A DNA stretch of 64,000 bases from Mayamaea pseudoterrestris (lineage: Eukaryota). The notes under the pieces are model-generated. The model was not told the origin of the DNA. It saw only the letters and a program-made list of their open reading frames with translations, and ran no database searches. A program made the translations under genes and the position numbers. Positions 49,294 through 61,316 of this stretch are shown one piece after another. The stretch covers positions 124,001-188,000 of the forward strand of contig BROI01000005.1 of the NCBI GenBank assembly GCA_027923505.1. Direction: 5' to 3'. Within the stretch, counting starts at the first letter, position 1; each line of letters begins with the position of its first letter.

Positions 49294-51510
49294 TTACAAC
49301 ACGAAATTGTCCGCCGATGAATCGTCGCCATTAAACTGGTCCAGTTTCAAGGCGCGGCAGACAGCATTGCACTCGTGAGTTCGAAAGAAGTGTCCAATGC
49401 CAGTCATTCCCAAGTCAGTGCGCCGATGCCCACTATTCTTTTTATTTCCATTTTGCTTGGTCTTGCGGTTGCAAATGCATGGGTCGGTCAGTCTATATCG
49501 CAGAGTCTGGCCTTCCTCGTTCAAGACGCCCTGGAGGTCACAAACCAGCAGCTCCTCATTCGAATCTACATATGTCCAGTGCGAAAAGGTATGAAGAAAG
49601 TCATCCAAGTAAACCGTCCCAGTGACAAGTCTTATTCGTTTGCTCAATGGTCTCGTTTTGCAAACATATCCACTATTTCCATTGTACTTGGTCCACTTGC
49701 CATCCAAATATTCTTCCACCAGCAAGGCGCGAAAGGTCTCGTCGGCGATCCCATATTTGTACACTGAGCAATTCAAGAAAGAAATGGTAGGAGCTTTTTT
49801 ACCCGAGTCGGCGGCGTTCAAAAGGTTGCACATTGACACAACTTGATTAAACCTCTCAGCGAACAAATTGGCCTTTAGTTGCTCGCGGCAGATTTCTTCG
49901 TAAAAAGTCATTTGCTGATCCGCAGTCTGATAGGATATGCTTTCTTTGGCTACCAATGGCTTTCCAAGACGCTTTCGGTCGGGGTCGATGTCGTAGCACT
50001 TGTACGCATAGCATTCTATGCCATTGCCGAAGGGCTGCTGTTGGATCATAAAGCCGATTGCTTGTCTATTCAAGAACATGTGTTCGTCCCAAGGACCATC
50101 GTTCTCTTCGTCAGGGTCAGTTTCCAAGCACCAGCGGCGTACTCCTTTCATGAATATGATATTCATGTTGTCCCTTTCTAGTGCTAGCCAGTCACAAGCC
50201 TTGTTCACTAATTTTGTTTGCGACTGAATGTCGCGAGTACTGACCTTAAAAGCGGCTCTTTTTCGGTTACGTGCTGCGGGACGTTGTCGAGTGAACTGAA
50301 CGCTCGTGTATACCCCAAGCATGCGCAGAACTCGCACCGTGGTTGAAAGCGCTGTAGTATCATCCCGTTTTCCGCCCAATCCAACAACTTTAAAGGCCAA
50401 TTTCGGTCCAAACCTATCTGCCAACTGGCGAAGAGTTCGGGCATGATCGTCGGGGAGCAAGTAATCGGCGGATGGTCTGCCTTGAGTCAAAACGACGAGA
50501 GCAAGTGATGGGAGAGCTTCAAACCGCATTCCTTTACTTTGCCGAAGCTGATGTTTTAACAGTTTATCCACAGCTTCTTGCTTTTCGTTGTACCCGTAAT
50601 ACGTGTGGCTTACAGGTTGAGCCGATGGCTTCTTCAAGCGTAGTTTGTTGAAAAGAATCCAATCCAATGGCGCCTCACAGAATACTGACCCATGGTCATG
50701 CATCTCAAAGATAGACATTGTATGGATTCCGCCATCGCCTTCAGCTACGCCATTTAGCTGTTCAGCAATGTATTCCAATGCCGGTAGTCTATAGGCCGCT
50801 CGTGCTTTCTCCGCCGATCCATACTTATCGACAATGAGAATGGTATGAGTTGCGCACATCATTGGCTTTAACTGAATGGCCCGCATCAGCTCATCATGTT
50901 TCTGGTGCATAGCTGGCGTAGTATAAGCTTTAGGAACAACTCCCGGTTGTCGGAAGGAGGTGATTTCGCGGCGACTCGTCCAGTCAGTCACGTACATGAT
51001 TCCATTGTAGTAGTAGACCCAGCGCGGTTCTCCGGTATGCTCATCGGGATAGCCCAGGATTTTGATTCCATACTTGACGCATGCGTGCAAGTCTTGTTTT
51101 AAAATGTTGCGTTCTGTACGGCGAGCTCGACCATGCTTGCTGGAAAGAATTGTCATTTCCTCAATTCTTGTCGTCTCGGCGGTGGCGATCGAATCATCCT
51201 CAGTTTCCGTGGAATTTTCATCAAAAAGAGTACCCGAGGAACCCTCCATGAAGATAAAGTCGCCTTCTGATGATTTTAGATCATCATTGAATATATAATT
51301 CTTTCGTTGGTGAACGAGAATCAAGGCCTTTTCAAACGATACAGCTGATTCATTGGCTGTATTACTTGTCGACTCATTCGATTGACTCGAATACAAAAAA
51401 TTTGCAAGCTTCCTTGGAGGGGATGATTGGGCTGGTGAGGTTGATGCCATGGTTGGTGGAAACAAAATCGGGGATGTGAGCGTCAGTTTCGCTGCAAAAC
51501 TCACGGTCAT
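49294..51510 (-). CDS. Alpha-kinase (eEF2K/MHCK family) with a degenerate vWA domain and a DUF4258-like N-terminal domain
   Basis: PFGNG, LVAKE, LVEEYLDGKWTKYN, FSHWTY, LLVCDLQGV, LTDP, TDLG..GI..FF.TH.CN..C. Upstream: ILIVDKYGS and LVVLTQGRP (vWA-like). Confidence 0.9.
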   Translation of the reverse strand: MTVSFAAKLTLTSPILFPPTMASTSPAQSSPPRKLANFLYSSQSNESTSNTANESAVSFEKALILVHQRKNYIFNDDLKSSEGDFIFMEGSSGTLFDENSTETEDDSIATAETTRIEEMTILSSKHGRARRTERNILKQDLHACVKYGIKILGYPDEHTGEPRWVYYYNGIMYVTDWTSRREITSFRQPGVVPKAYTTPAMHQKHDELMRAIQLKPMMCATHTILIVDKYGSAEKARAAYRLPALEYIAEQLNGVAEGDGGIHTMSIFEMHDHGSVFCEAPLDWILFNKLRLKKPSAQPVSHTYYGYNEKQEAVDKLLKHQLRQSKGMRFEALPSLALVVLTQGRPSADYLLPDDHARTLRQLADRFGPKLAFKVVGLGGKRDDTTALSTTVRVLRMLGVYTSVQFTRQRPAARNRKRAAFKVSTRDIQSQTKLVNKACDWLALERDNMNIIFMKGVRRWCLETDPDEENDGPWDEHMFLNRQAIGFMIQQQPFGNGIECYAYKCYDIDPDRKRLGKPLVAKESISYQTADQQMTFYEEICREQLKANLFAERFNQVVSMCNLLNAADSGKKAPTISFLNCSVYKYGIADETFRALLVEEYLDGKWTKYNGNSGYVCKTRPLSKRIRLVTGTVYLDDFLHTFSHWTYVDSNEELLVCDLQGVLNEEGQTLRYRLTDPCICNRKTKQNGNKKNSGHRRTDLGMTGIGHFFRTHECNAVCRALKLDQFNGDDSSADNFVL

Positions 51511-51725
51511 GTTGAATCATGCCGGAACAATTGGGCGAAGATAATATCAATGAAGAATCGTCCGGCGCGATGGCGCGGGGCGCGCCAGGCGAAAACCGTT
51601 ATTAATACGACGTGGCGCGGTCACACTCGTCCGATTCTTTCTCCGCCATGGGAAAAAATTGGATAACCCAAATTTCGTAGTTTGTAAAATCAGTACCTTG
51701 GTAGCTCGCCTCAAATCATTTTAGC

Positions 51726-53940
51726 ATGACAAAAGACTCTTTGCCATCAGCGAATCACCAGGCTGACCATGTAGCTGCAACGGCAAAAGCTGCGTCGAAT
51801 GAGGCATCCGTTTCCAACGCCTTGCACGAGCATCAAACTGCAGCGGCGCCTGCAAGCTCGACGACCGGTAGCATTGCCGCTGCGGTTGCTGCTTTTGCTC
51901 CTGCTCCCCAGCGTTACAATCCTACAGCTATCAATTCAGCGGGAAGACCAGGCCCCAATCCAGTATGGCAACGTGAGTAAACGTTCTATTGGGTCTGTAC
52001 CGGTACGGGGATCATATAGGTAATCATTTTCTCACCTCATCTAGGATTTAATTTTATCAAACAATGCAACAAACAGTACCTAATCAAACCAGTCAAGCTT
52101 CACTGAAAGCTACAAATGCGCCAAAGCCGCCGCAGAATTATCAACCATTATACCCTGGCCTTGTTATCGACCTTGCGCAACAGAATCGCAACGTGACGGT
52201 GGCAAACATTAACAATGCAATGTTCATGCAGCAACAGCTGCAGCAGCAACAGCAGCAGCGGCAACGACAACTACAACAGCCAAGCAAGATTGTTGAGCCA
52301 ATCGGTCCGCAGATTCTACCGCTCCGTGAGTCGATAGGTTTGCCTGAAGCAAAAGGTGCTACCACTATAAGTACCAGTGATAGCTCGAAAACACGGAAAC
52401 CTTTGCCAGGTTCCGTGCCAATACGTAGTACACCACCTGTCAAGGCTGCAGTCGCCACTACAAACATTCGCAAAACGTCGGAGACAGCACTGAGTACAGC
52501 GGCTCAACAAGCGTCCGTGACGCCAAGTCGACTTATTTGCGACACAGTCGAGGAGGATCCCTTGCCTCCAACCGAGTTTGGAATATACAATGCCGCCTTG
52601 ATTCGCAAGCGCAAGTGGCTCCAAGACTGCAACACTATGACTCCTCTCCCTCCACACACGATCGGATCGGCAAACGACAAGCTTCGTCGCAGTAACGCCA
52701 CCAATACAACAATGATATCGCCGTCGTGCCAATGCAAGCATAATCGCTGCCTCCACTTGTTTTGCGATTGCTTTCGGGCAGTCAGCCTTTGCGGACCTCG
52801 TTGCAACTGTCGAACGCAGTCATGCTGCAACGGCAACAGTCTGGACGATTACCAAATGCAACGTCGACGTCGAGATGCCGTTTGGACGGCATTGAAGCGG
52901 GATCGGAATGGAGCCTTTCGCACTCCGGATCCGGAAGCAGCATGTGGAAACGTGAGTGCGGCTGTATATAATTTTCGAATCCTTGGAAATAGACTCTTGT
53001 CTCATTCTTGTTTTTCTTTTGTGTAACGAAATAGTATGCCTGTGACTGCTTCCAGTCCGGCGTATTTTGCGACGCAAGTCAATGCCCATGTCCTGAGGGA
53101 TGCCACCGAATCGCAACCACAAGCAAGCGCTACTACATGGATCCTAGCGTTGACAAGGATCGGCTTGGAGCGTTGAACGTTACAAATAATACTTTTTTGG
53201 CCTATAGTATGCCACTTCATGTGAATGATATCATGGCGCCTGGGGTGTCCTTTACTCGAGCGGATCCTCGCTACGAATCGCCAGCTTCTTCGAGACCAGC
53301 AAAGCAGACGCAGCGCACGCAAGTACAGCAGAAACTGTACCATAGTCTCATGCTTTCGCCTTCCAAGACGATTCGGTCGCCGCAAGCTGCTGTCAAACCT
53401 ACAACGCAAGGAACGGAGCTTGAGCAGCTGTGGACAGAAGAGATTAGCAAGCTGTCAACGTTTTTCCGTCATCTCCAAAATATCGCCGACGCACAGATCA
53501 CGAGTGAAGATTTAACTCGCGTGCCGGAAGGCTCACAGGAAGCAGTAGTCATATATAAATCAGTTCTTGAAGATATGGAATCAGTCAAGCATGTTGTCGA
53601 TGCAGCCAAATTGAACATTATGACGGTCTTGTACGAGCAGAAGAAAGCTGGACGACAGTACCGCTGTCGGAGTGGGCCCAATCTTGCTGATGATGCTGAG
53701 CTCGAGTTGGAGCGTGCTGAAGAAGAGTTTGTTAGTCCAGAAGAAATGGAGCTTCGCTGCAACGAGAGCATGCCACCGTTTGAAGACTTAGTACACTTAC
53801 TGCCGGAAAGCTCTGACGCGTCGCGTCAACTGTTGATCCGCGCAGTTCAAGACACTGCGATGATGCGGGAATTGGCTCGTATTATTCGGCGTAAAGCTCG
53901 CGAATTGGCAATGATGCGAGCCAAAAAAGCTGATACGTAG
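51726..53940 (+). CDS. CRC (tesmin/TSO1/LIN54-like CXC) domain protein; intron 52952-53034; first intron boundaries uncertain
   Basis: CQCKHNRCLHLFCDCFRAVSLCGPRCNC..CCN, linker RRDAV..ALKRDRNGAF, and a second partial CXC (YACDCFQSGVFCDASQCPC) after splicing. Confidence 0.8.
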
Positions 53941-54072
53941 TTGCAATTGGCGACGAAGCGACAGTAAGGGAAAGAAGTGACGAATAAAAAACAAAGCAAC
54001 GATGCCGAACAAATTATATGATGCCTCTAATTATGTCTATTTTATTATTTTCATACATCAAGTAAAACGAAT

Positions 54073-57000
54073 TTAAATCCCAAACGCCTGTAGGCCTTCG
54101 GCCGTTTGTGAAAGGTTGCGTTGCCGTCGCTTGGCTGCTTTTTCAGCCTGTGACTGCGTTGTCAGCATTTCCGGAAGAGCAGGGACAATATCGGTCTGCC
54201 GATGGGAATGCAAAAGAGACTCTTCGGCAGATGCTCTATTAAAGGGATCCAATGAACCGACAGTATCGGATGGAAATTGGTTCTGGAGTAAATCGGCTGC
54301 CTCGCGAAGTAGATCGCGAATAAAGTCCTTTTGATCCTTAGCAGACCGCTTGGCTCTCATTCTTTCCTCAAAGTTGTCGATGGCAGTCGATGATATTCCA
54401 ATGGTACCCAAGACCTGTCTTGGGTAGACAGAGGGGATTGATAAAATCCCCCCACCGAGTAACGGCTTATCAAACGTTTTAACTTGTTCATACGCCGGCG
54501 GATGGGAGTTTTGTATAAAATTCTGCTGCTGCCCTGCACCTTGTCCTCCGCATTGTAAAGCCTGGCCAAGAACCAGCCGACAGTATATGTCACGAGCGAT
54601 ACTAATGACGGCCCACTCTAGGCCCACCATCCACTTTGGTTCAGTCAAAATATTTCGGACTATCGTTTGGAACATGCTTTGTCCGAGCAACTGACTGTAT
54701 TGAGGCGACCAGGCCGTTGTCTCAAGAATGCGATGGCATATCTTGGTGACTCGACGGCAAGTGTAAGCATCAGGGTATCCGAGGCATTGTATAACTAGCA
54801 AAGTAAGATTGCCAGCAACTTGTTCATTTTCCAGCAGCATGTAATGCGCCAAGCCGTTAATGCGTAGCACCTTTCGTGCATCAGTCGAGTCCTGATCAGG
54901 CGTTCTCGGAGTGCCATCGGCATTTACCTTGACACCATCATCATTAAACCGAGTACTGGGGCCAGACAAAAACGCCGCGTCGTCGTTCTTTTTCCGTGCT
55001 TGTTCATCCTTCGCAAAGTTGGCAAGAACCAAAGCCCATTCACCTTTTAATGCAAATCCCACCTGGAGGACGTCTGCCAGAGTGCGGCTTAAATCGACAC
55101 GATATTTTTCAACGGCTGCTTCCGCAGTGACTGCGTCTAATTCGCCAACGAAAAGTCCAGCATGGCTATAATACCACGAAAACCATGCATCGCCACCAGC
55201 AGCGGCGAGCTTGGCAGCATCTGCTGCGTTTTCAGATGACAATGCTTTCGTCGCTTCATGCGAAGGATCCCCTAGGTGTTGCCACGTCTTTTCTAGGCGG
55301 TATCGGACGTGCTCGAAAATGGGTGCAATAATGGGACCGAGATGGGTGGGATATAAAGTCGATGGACAGCACGTAAGGAGCATCTCCACAACATGCTTCA
55401 GGAACTGAGTCAAATGGCGATGCTCCATCGATTGCAAAGTTATCGAGTCTGTTAGCACTGCCACTATCCTCGGATAATAATTTGCTATCTCGGGAGAAAA
55501 TAAAACACTCTGGGAAATCAGTAAGCCGAACATTTGGAAGCAGGTATTACGCAGCTCATTAAGCCAGCCGCTCCATCTTGGCACAAGGTTCTTGGCGCGT
55601 CGATCAGTTCCCGACACAACGCTGCCTGCCGTACCACCCTCACCAAATACACCACCGGACTTTCCGTCTACATTTTTCGCAAGGAAAGCCTCGTCGTCAG
55701 ATATGGCGTAAGTGTATCGCTGCAAATTGTTCGGGAGCAGCGCTGCTTGATGCTCTGGTCGCCAGATGCCCAAGATGCTTTCGTAAACAGTAAGCAAAGC
55801 GGGCAATATTTTAGGCCAAAGCACAACGAAAGGGTCTGTTTCAGCTAATTGAGATATGCTCACAGGACCCTCGTCCGCAAAATGTATATAAGACTCGGAC
55901 ATACCGCTGGCATTACTGCTGATAGCCTTCGGGCGCTTTCGTGCCGCCTCGTTACAGCGCCGACCGACCGAAAGTAAACGATTTAACGCTGAAAATGCTT
56001 TTTCGTACGTTTTCAACACAGTCTCCACATTTCCTGGATCTATTACAAAGTTCGGCTGCTCGCGGGCTTGTAAAATTCCCAATCCAGTGAGTAAAGATTG
56101 AGGAGTTGCAACTAGCTGCATAAAGTCATCCGACTGGACAGTTTCCACCGCCATCGACAATACATCGGCGATAAAATTCGATCGTGTAACAGGGTCGTCA
56201 ACTGCATTTGCCACGCATGACAAGAACTCATAAAGATGCATTTGATTCATAGGGATTAATCCTTGTGACGACAGCAGAGAACCAGTAGCTTGGCTAAGTT
56301 GTGAAAGCCAAGGCACAAGATGATTAGGCACTCGTTTAGAAATTGAAACTAGCGCCACCCCGCTGCGTTTCTTTAGTCCAATTGTTTGATCACTTAGCTG
56401 TACATCTGGGGTTGACCCAGGCATCCATTCGTCAGGTAGTCCAAGATTGCGAAGTAGAGAGTCCACAGCGGGGAGCAAAGTACTGGGCTCATGGGGCCAA
56501 TAATACATGAGCGAGTTGACAAGTGTCGTGCGGCGGAATTTGAGCCAGAGGTAGGATGGATTCCAAGAAACCAAAACATTTGCCATTTCTGAAAAAGAGG
56601 ATCGCGTCACGACTCTCTTCTCTAACCGCGCTTCATTCGTCTGTGATCCGTCCTGCATGGCCCATGCTGGTATACCGCTCATCGTATTGTCCAACGGATG
56701 AGCGAGTCCTTCAAACTCAATTACTGCATCGCTCAGCTCCGTCAGTTGATTGTTAGATGGTTCCAAATGATCCAACGGCGCTCCAGCGCCATACTGCTGT
56801 AGCAATAGCTTGACTTGTTCGTTCAAAACGGATGCAGCGACATGCGGCTCCGTATTTCCAAATAACCTAAATAATAAACTTGACCGCGCTCGCAAATCCA
56901 CATTCCACGCAATCAGGTCGTCTTCGTCGTCAAAACTTGCCTCCAGGACGGCGGCTAATGGATGCGTTCGCTCCTCAATGTCCTGCCACCGTACTTTCTT

Positions 57001-58643
57001 TACATGCTGCATGTAAGCTTTCATGACAGCGCGCGTAAAAGGGTCCAGCAATTTAGTTCTAATAATTTGTGGATCTCGCATCAAGGATATCCACATATTG
57101 ATCTGCTCAGTGCAGATTCTACCTGATGGATGCCCAAGAATCTCCACAAGCAGTCGCAGAAAAGCTTGAATATTGGCAAAGTCTGGCCCACTCTGCTTCT
57201 CAATCACATGTTTATTGTCAGTTATATTCGCAATATGCGCCGTCACAACGGCTGAAAGCATTCGTGACAAGCCACGATGAAATTCTAATTGCAGGGCCAA
57301 CGAGTCTTCTGCTGACAAATCGCCTGATACCGCGCGTTCCGCTTGTCGCTGCGGCGCTTCCGTTTGAAACGCCGAATTAGCTTCCCTGACAGACACCGGC
57401 AAGTCTCGAATTAACCGCATCCATTGTGTTTCGCTCATTTTAGCACGCAACACCAGCTGCTCCAACGCATCAACTGCTCGTATTTGTATTTTACTAATAG
57501 GCTCGCGCGTCAAATGCATCATGGCCGCAACAAAATCGGCCGACGAGGCCGCATCAGCAGAATCATCTGGAAGCATCCAGTTCGTTGGCATGCTACCGCA
57601 AAATTTTTCCAACGTCAAAAGACAATCAACTAACAGCTTTGCTGTATCATCTCGTCGTTCTAGCTCAACTTTATACGCATTTGCTTCCTCTAGTGCCATT
57701 TGCTGAAGCGTTCGATTCGATTGAAGTAAATAGGTATGCATATTGTGCAAGGTTTGTTTCGCCGTCTGTAGCACGGGATACGATTCCAGCAGAAGTCGAT
57801 ACAAGTGTGGTAGAAACTGAGTGCGGACTTCATTGAGACCAATCAATATATCATTGCGGCGCTGCGTCGAAATCTTGGCGTTAAAGTCGGAGTCAGTACA
57901 GTCTTCGGCAATGAGGCGGAATACCTGAAGGACAATGGAAACGCCCAAATGAGGCTGCTCGCCGGCAGCTGCATTGTACCAAAGTCCCATGCTGCCAGGT
58001 GAAAGTGGACTGAAAATGTCGGAACAAAAAGTCTCCCATCGTTGAGGAAAATCTGTGCACGAAGGGGTACAAATACTCGTGAGAATGATGACAGCAAGAC
58101 TGTACTGTGTACACGCATTGCCTTGCACAGATCAATTGAATTGATACCATAGAATATGCATACATATCAGTATCACTCACCTCGAACCACAAGACCCTGC
58201 AACACTGCCGCCAGCGTCCGCGCCAAAATTCTTGCTTCCGCCGGACTCAAAAATGGTGGCGCGCCATTCATGCCCGAGGCCGCCACAACCACTTGCTGAC
58301 ATGACGTCAACACTGCCTGACGCAGCTGCAAGCGATCGACCTCTCCAATGCTTGCATACGACTGCTTCAAAAACTTGGTAATGACTTCGCAGGCTAGCAG
58401 TTTGACGGGGACTGTCACATTCATTGCCGCCGCTGCATTCAACGATGAATGCTGGTAGACGATTACTTCACTTTGCACCAGCCACTGCAGACAAACAGCC
58501 ATGGCTCCCTCATTATTGCCTTGTTTGAAGCTTTCAATCACATTAAAGGCTTGTTGGCGTTCTGAAGGTAACGTCAATGGCGAGGAACTTGCCGCAATGG
58601 CCCATAGCAATTGATCGGCCGACGAAAAGTTGTTGCTGTTCAT
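54073..58643 (-). CDS. XPO5: Exportin-5/MSN5/HASTY-like karyopherin; intron 58053-58180
   Basis: Importin-beta N-terminus (ERQQAFNVIESFK), spliced VVR|DFPQRWETF, FRLIAED...ISTQRRNDILIGL; ~1480 aa HEAT-repeat protein. Confidence 0.82.
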
Positions 58644-59188
58644 TTGAATGAATGGGTAAAGAATCTAAAGCCGAATCCGATCCCGCTGATCTTGTTCACT
58701 TGAATACTGCCTTGCTTGGACGTCCACTAACTGTAAGAGCAGAGTGTAAAATAAAGAAAACCTTTTTGATGGTATGGAGACTGGAACTGCAACCAAGACG
58801 GACAGAATGGAACGAAACCATGGAGCGGTTGTCGCTTGGTCGGAAAAACAGAACCGATGCGACGGATGGGCAATCTGTCGAGACGTGCAATGGCTGATGG
58901 ATGTGTTGGTTGCAGACTGGCTGGCTTGCAAGCGAGCCGTCCCTCCACTGCTCAGATTTTCTGCAGCATGACCATGGCGCAAGAAGATTTTGAGGCCCGC
59001 GGCGGATCATACGAGCAAGCTGTCAAGATTACCGTAGACCTATCCTTCAAATCTACAGCGACTGAATGAGTCTGACATCAAGCTAGAAAGTGCAGCTTTT
59101 CTGGTACAAGGAAATTATAGTCTATATTTATATGGCGTCACAAAGTCTAACGACTCACACGCAGCCACCACCATCACGCAGTTTACTT

Positions 59189-59677
59189 TTAACGACGCGC
59201 CACCGGTGCCAATGTGTCCGTTCCTTCCACAGCAGCAATCGGCATGCGAGTCGGTGCGTCAGTTGCCATGCTCATGCTCATACTCATCTCATGATCGAAC
59301 AGTCCCTTTGGTAGCTTGCCCATCTTGGGCATGGTTGGTTGAGGTGGCGGAGGCGCCTTTTCTCCCTTGACAGACTTTGCAGCCTTTGGTTCCTTTGGCG
59401 CCTTGGACAGCTTGGCCATGCCTTGTTTGCTGGCTTCGTGCACCTTCTTCTTGGGTAGGACTGGAGGCGATTTCTTGGTTGGGTAGCTCATGTCAAAGCT
59501 CATGGAGAATTCCATAGCAGGTTGGACGCCGCCTCCCTTGCCTTTTAGTACACGTCGTGCTCTCACCAATTCTTGGTCCATGCCGCGAATCAAAACCTCC
59601 TCGTCCTGCAATCGTTGACTAGCACTGGCGACACTGCACATGGCAAGCATGGCCGCGGAAAGGAATAGCTTGGTCAT
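59189..59677 (-). CDS. Secreted Lys/Pro/Met-rich silaffin-like protein A
   Basis: Signal peptide, RRVL (RXL) site, KLSKAPKEPKAAKSVKGEK, MSMSMSM. Confidence 0.75.
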   Translation of the reverse strand: MTKLFLSAAMLAMCSVASASQRLQDEEVLIRGMDQELVRARRVLKGKGGGVQPAMEFSMSFDMSYPTKKSPPVLPKKKVHEASKQGMAKLSKAPKEPKAAKSVKGEKAPPPPQPTMPKMGKLPKGLFDHEMSMSMSMATDAPTRMPIAAVEGTDTLAPVARR

Positions 59678-60125
59678 GGTGTTTACTTACGTCGGTGCGA
59701 GTAAAGTATAGACTGCTGTTGCCTGATCAATGCGAAAGTATGACGGAAAGCAAGACATGATCATGATGTTTTGAGTTGATCTTGTTTGGTGAGCGATTCC
59801 CTTGACGCATTTTTGCACGACGAAATCCGGCGCGCCGGGCGGTCTAGCGATCACGTAAGGTGAGCACCAACTCGGTACTCAATCATTGGACATTCAGCTA
59901 TGGCTGTTGATGGTTTCGGTGGAGTTTTACCGTTACCATCATCAAGTTGCACGGGATCTCATCGATGGACATTTGTATAAAAGTGTTAATTCCATGAAGC
60001 ACTGATCACCAAACGAAATACATTGGATGCCCATGCGCATTCACTTTTCATACTTGACCAAAGAAGATACATTTAAAATGTAGTAGGAGTTAAAAACATA
60101 AACGCAGATTACAACTAATGTTTCA

Positions 60126-61316
60126 CTATGTTGTGGGCGCAGAAGGGGAAGCGGATACGGGTGTAAGCGAATCGAGTGACGGTGCTTTTGTTGGGACGAT
60201 TGTGTCAGTTCCAGCACTCGGCGGTGATGATCCGACCGCCGGTGCTCCAGTTGGTATAGGTCCAGTCGCCGGGGCTCCTGTCGGTGCGCTTGTGCTAGGC
60301 ACTCCAGGCACCGTCGGCGAAGCGACTGTAGGTGTTGGTGCCGTAGTCGGTATGATTGTGTCTGGGCCAATGGGTGCACCCGTTACAAATGTAGGATTCC
60401 GCGTCGGCCGCCTGGCCGGTTGTTGGGCAGGTTGTTGTGCTGGCTGACCGATAGGAGCGATACCGATAGGCTGAGCGATGGGGCGCGTAGGGCGATGCAT
60501 CATCATCATCATTCTCATTCGCCTGTGCTTTGACGACCCCTTGACTTTTGGTGTTCCCCGTTTAAATTTATTTGCTCCTTTTGCTTCACCTTTAACTTTG
60601 TAGGCTGCTTTTGCAAAGGCGCCACCTCCCTTGCCGGCATTGAAACCCCAGTCATTTTTCCCGCTAGGTCCCTTCGGATCCTTTACGCCTTTCTTTGCTT
60701 TGTTCCATTTTTTATCTTTTGAGCCTTTTATTGCGTTGGAACCCTTACTCCAAATTTTTCCTTGAAATTTGCCGTCCTTTCCTTTAGCTTCTTTCGGCCC
60801 TTCCCTGCTGCCAACGTTGTATCCATTCCACCGAATGAAAATATTGTTCTTGACTCGATTCTCCACCACACTGACCCTGATGTTGTTCACTGGGATTTCA
60901 TTCACTCTATTGTTGTTACCGCCTTTGTTGACGTTGCCTCGATCCACAGTATGAGGCCACGCCAGCCTAGAAATGGCGGCGCCATTACTGACTGCAGCAA
61001 CCTGTTGCCCCAGCTTATTAAATATACTGTCCTGCTGCAAATTTCGATGGGTTCCGGTCTGATGCACCACGTCGTCAAGATGTAAAGCTACGGTCGTGGT
61101 TGCATCACCTTCTGAGCTGCTTCTATTACTTTGCACATCTGCATCAAGGTCGGATGTGTGTATATGATGCTTTACTGTATCGCCTAGCTCGTTGGATGTC
61201 TCCAAACTTTGTCGTTGTGCCAAGGACGAGGATCCTTCTTCTTTGGTATTCGCATCTGTTGATGCGCAGCACACGACCAGCACCAACCAAAAGCATACTA
61301 GTCGCTCTAGCCACAT
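60126..61316 (-). CDS. Secreted Lys-rich + Pro/Thr-rich silaffin/cell-wall-like protein B
   Basis: Signal peptide from ATG 61316 (MWLERLVCFWLVLVVCCASTDA), HRNL (RXL) site, K/G/W-rich block, RMRMMMMMH, TxAP repeats. Confidence 0.75.
   Translation of the reverse strand: MWLERLVCFWLVLVVCCASTDANTKEEGSSSLAQRQSLETSNELGDTVKHHIHTSDLDADVQSNRSSSEGDATTTVALHLDDVVHQTGTHRNLQQDSIFNKLGQQVAAVSNGAAISRLAWPHTVDRGNVNKGGNNNRVNEIPVNNIRVSVVENRVKNNIFIRWNGYNVGSREGPKEAKGKDGKFQGKIWSKGSNAIKGSKDKKWNKAKKGVKDPKGPSGKNDWGFNAGKGGGAFAKAAYKVKGEAKGANKFKRGTPKVKGSSKHRRMRMMMMMHRPTRPIAQPIGIAPIGQPAQQPAQQPARRPTRNPTFVTGAPIGPDTIIPTTAPTPTVASPTVPGVPSTSAPTGAPATGPIPTGAPAVGSSPPSAGTDTIVPTKAPSLDSLTPVSASPSAPTT

Noticed and set aside
59827..59838. 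12-bp palindrome CCGGCGCGCCGG between the silaffin-like genes
   Set aside because: A single short GC palindrome with no supporting evidence of function.
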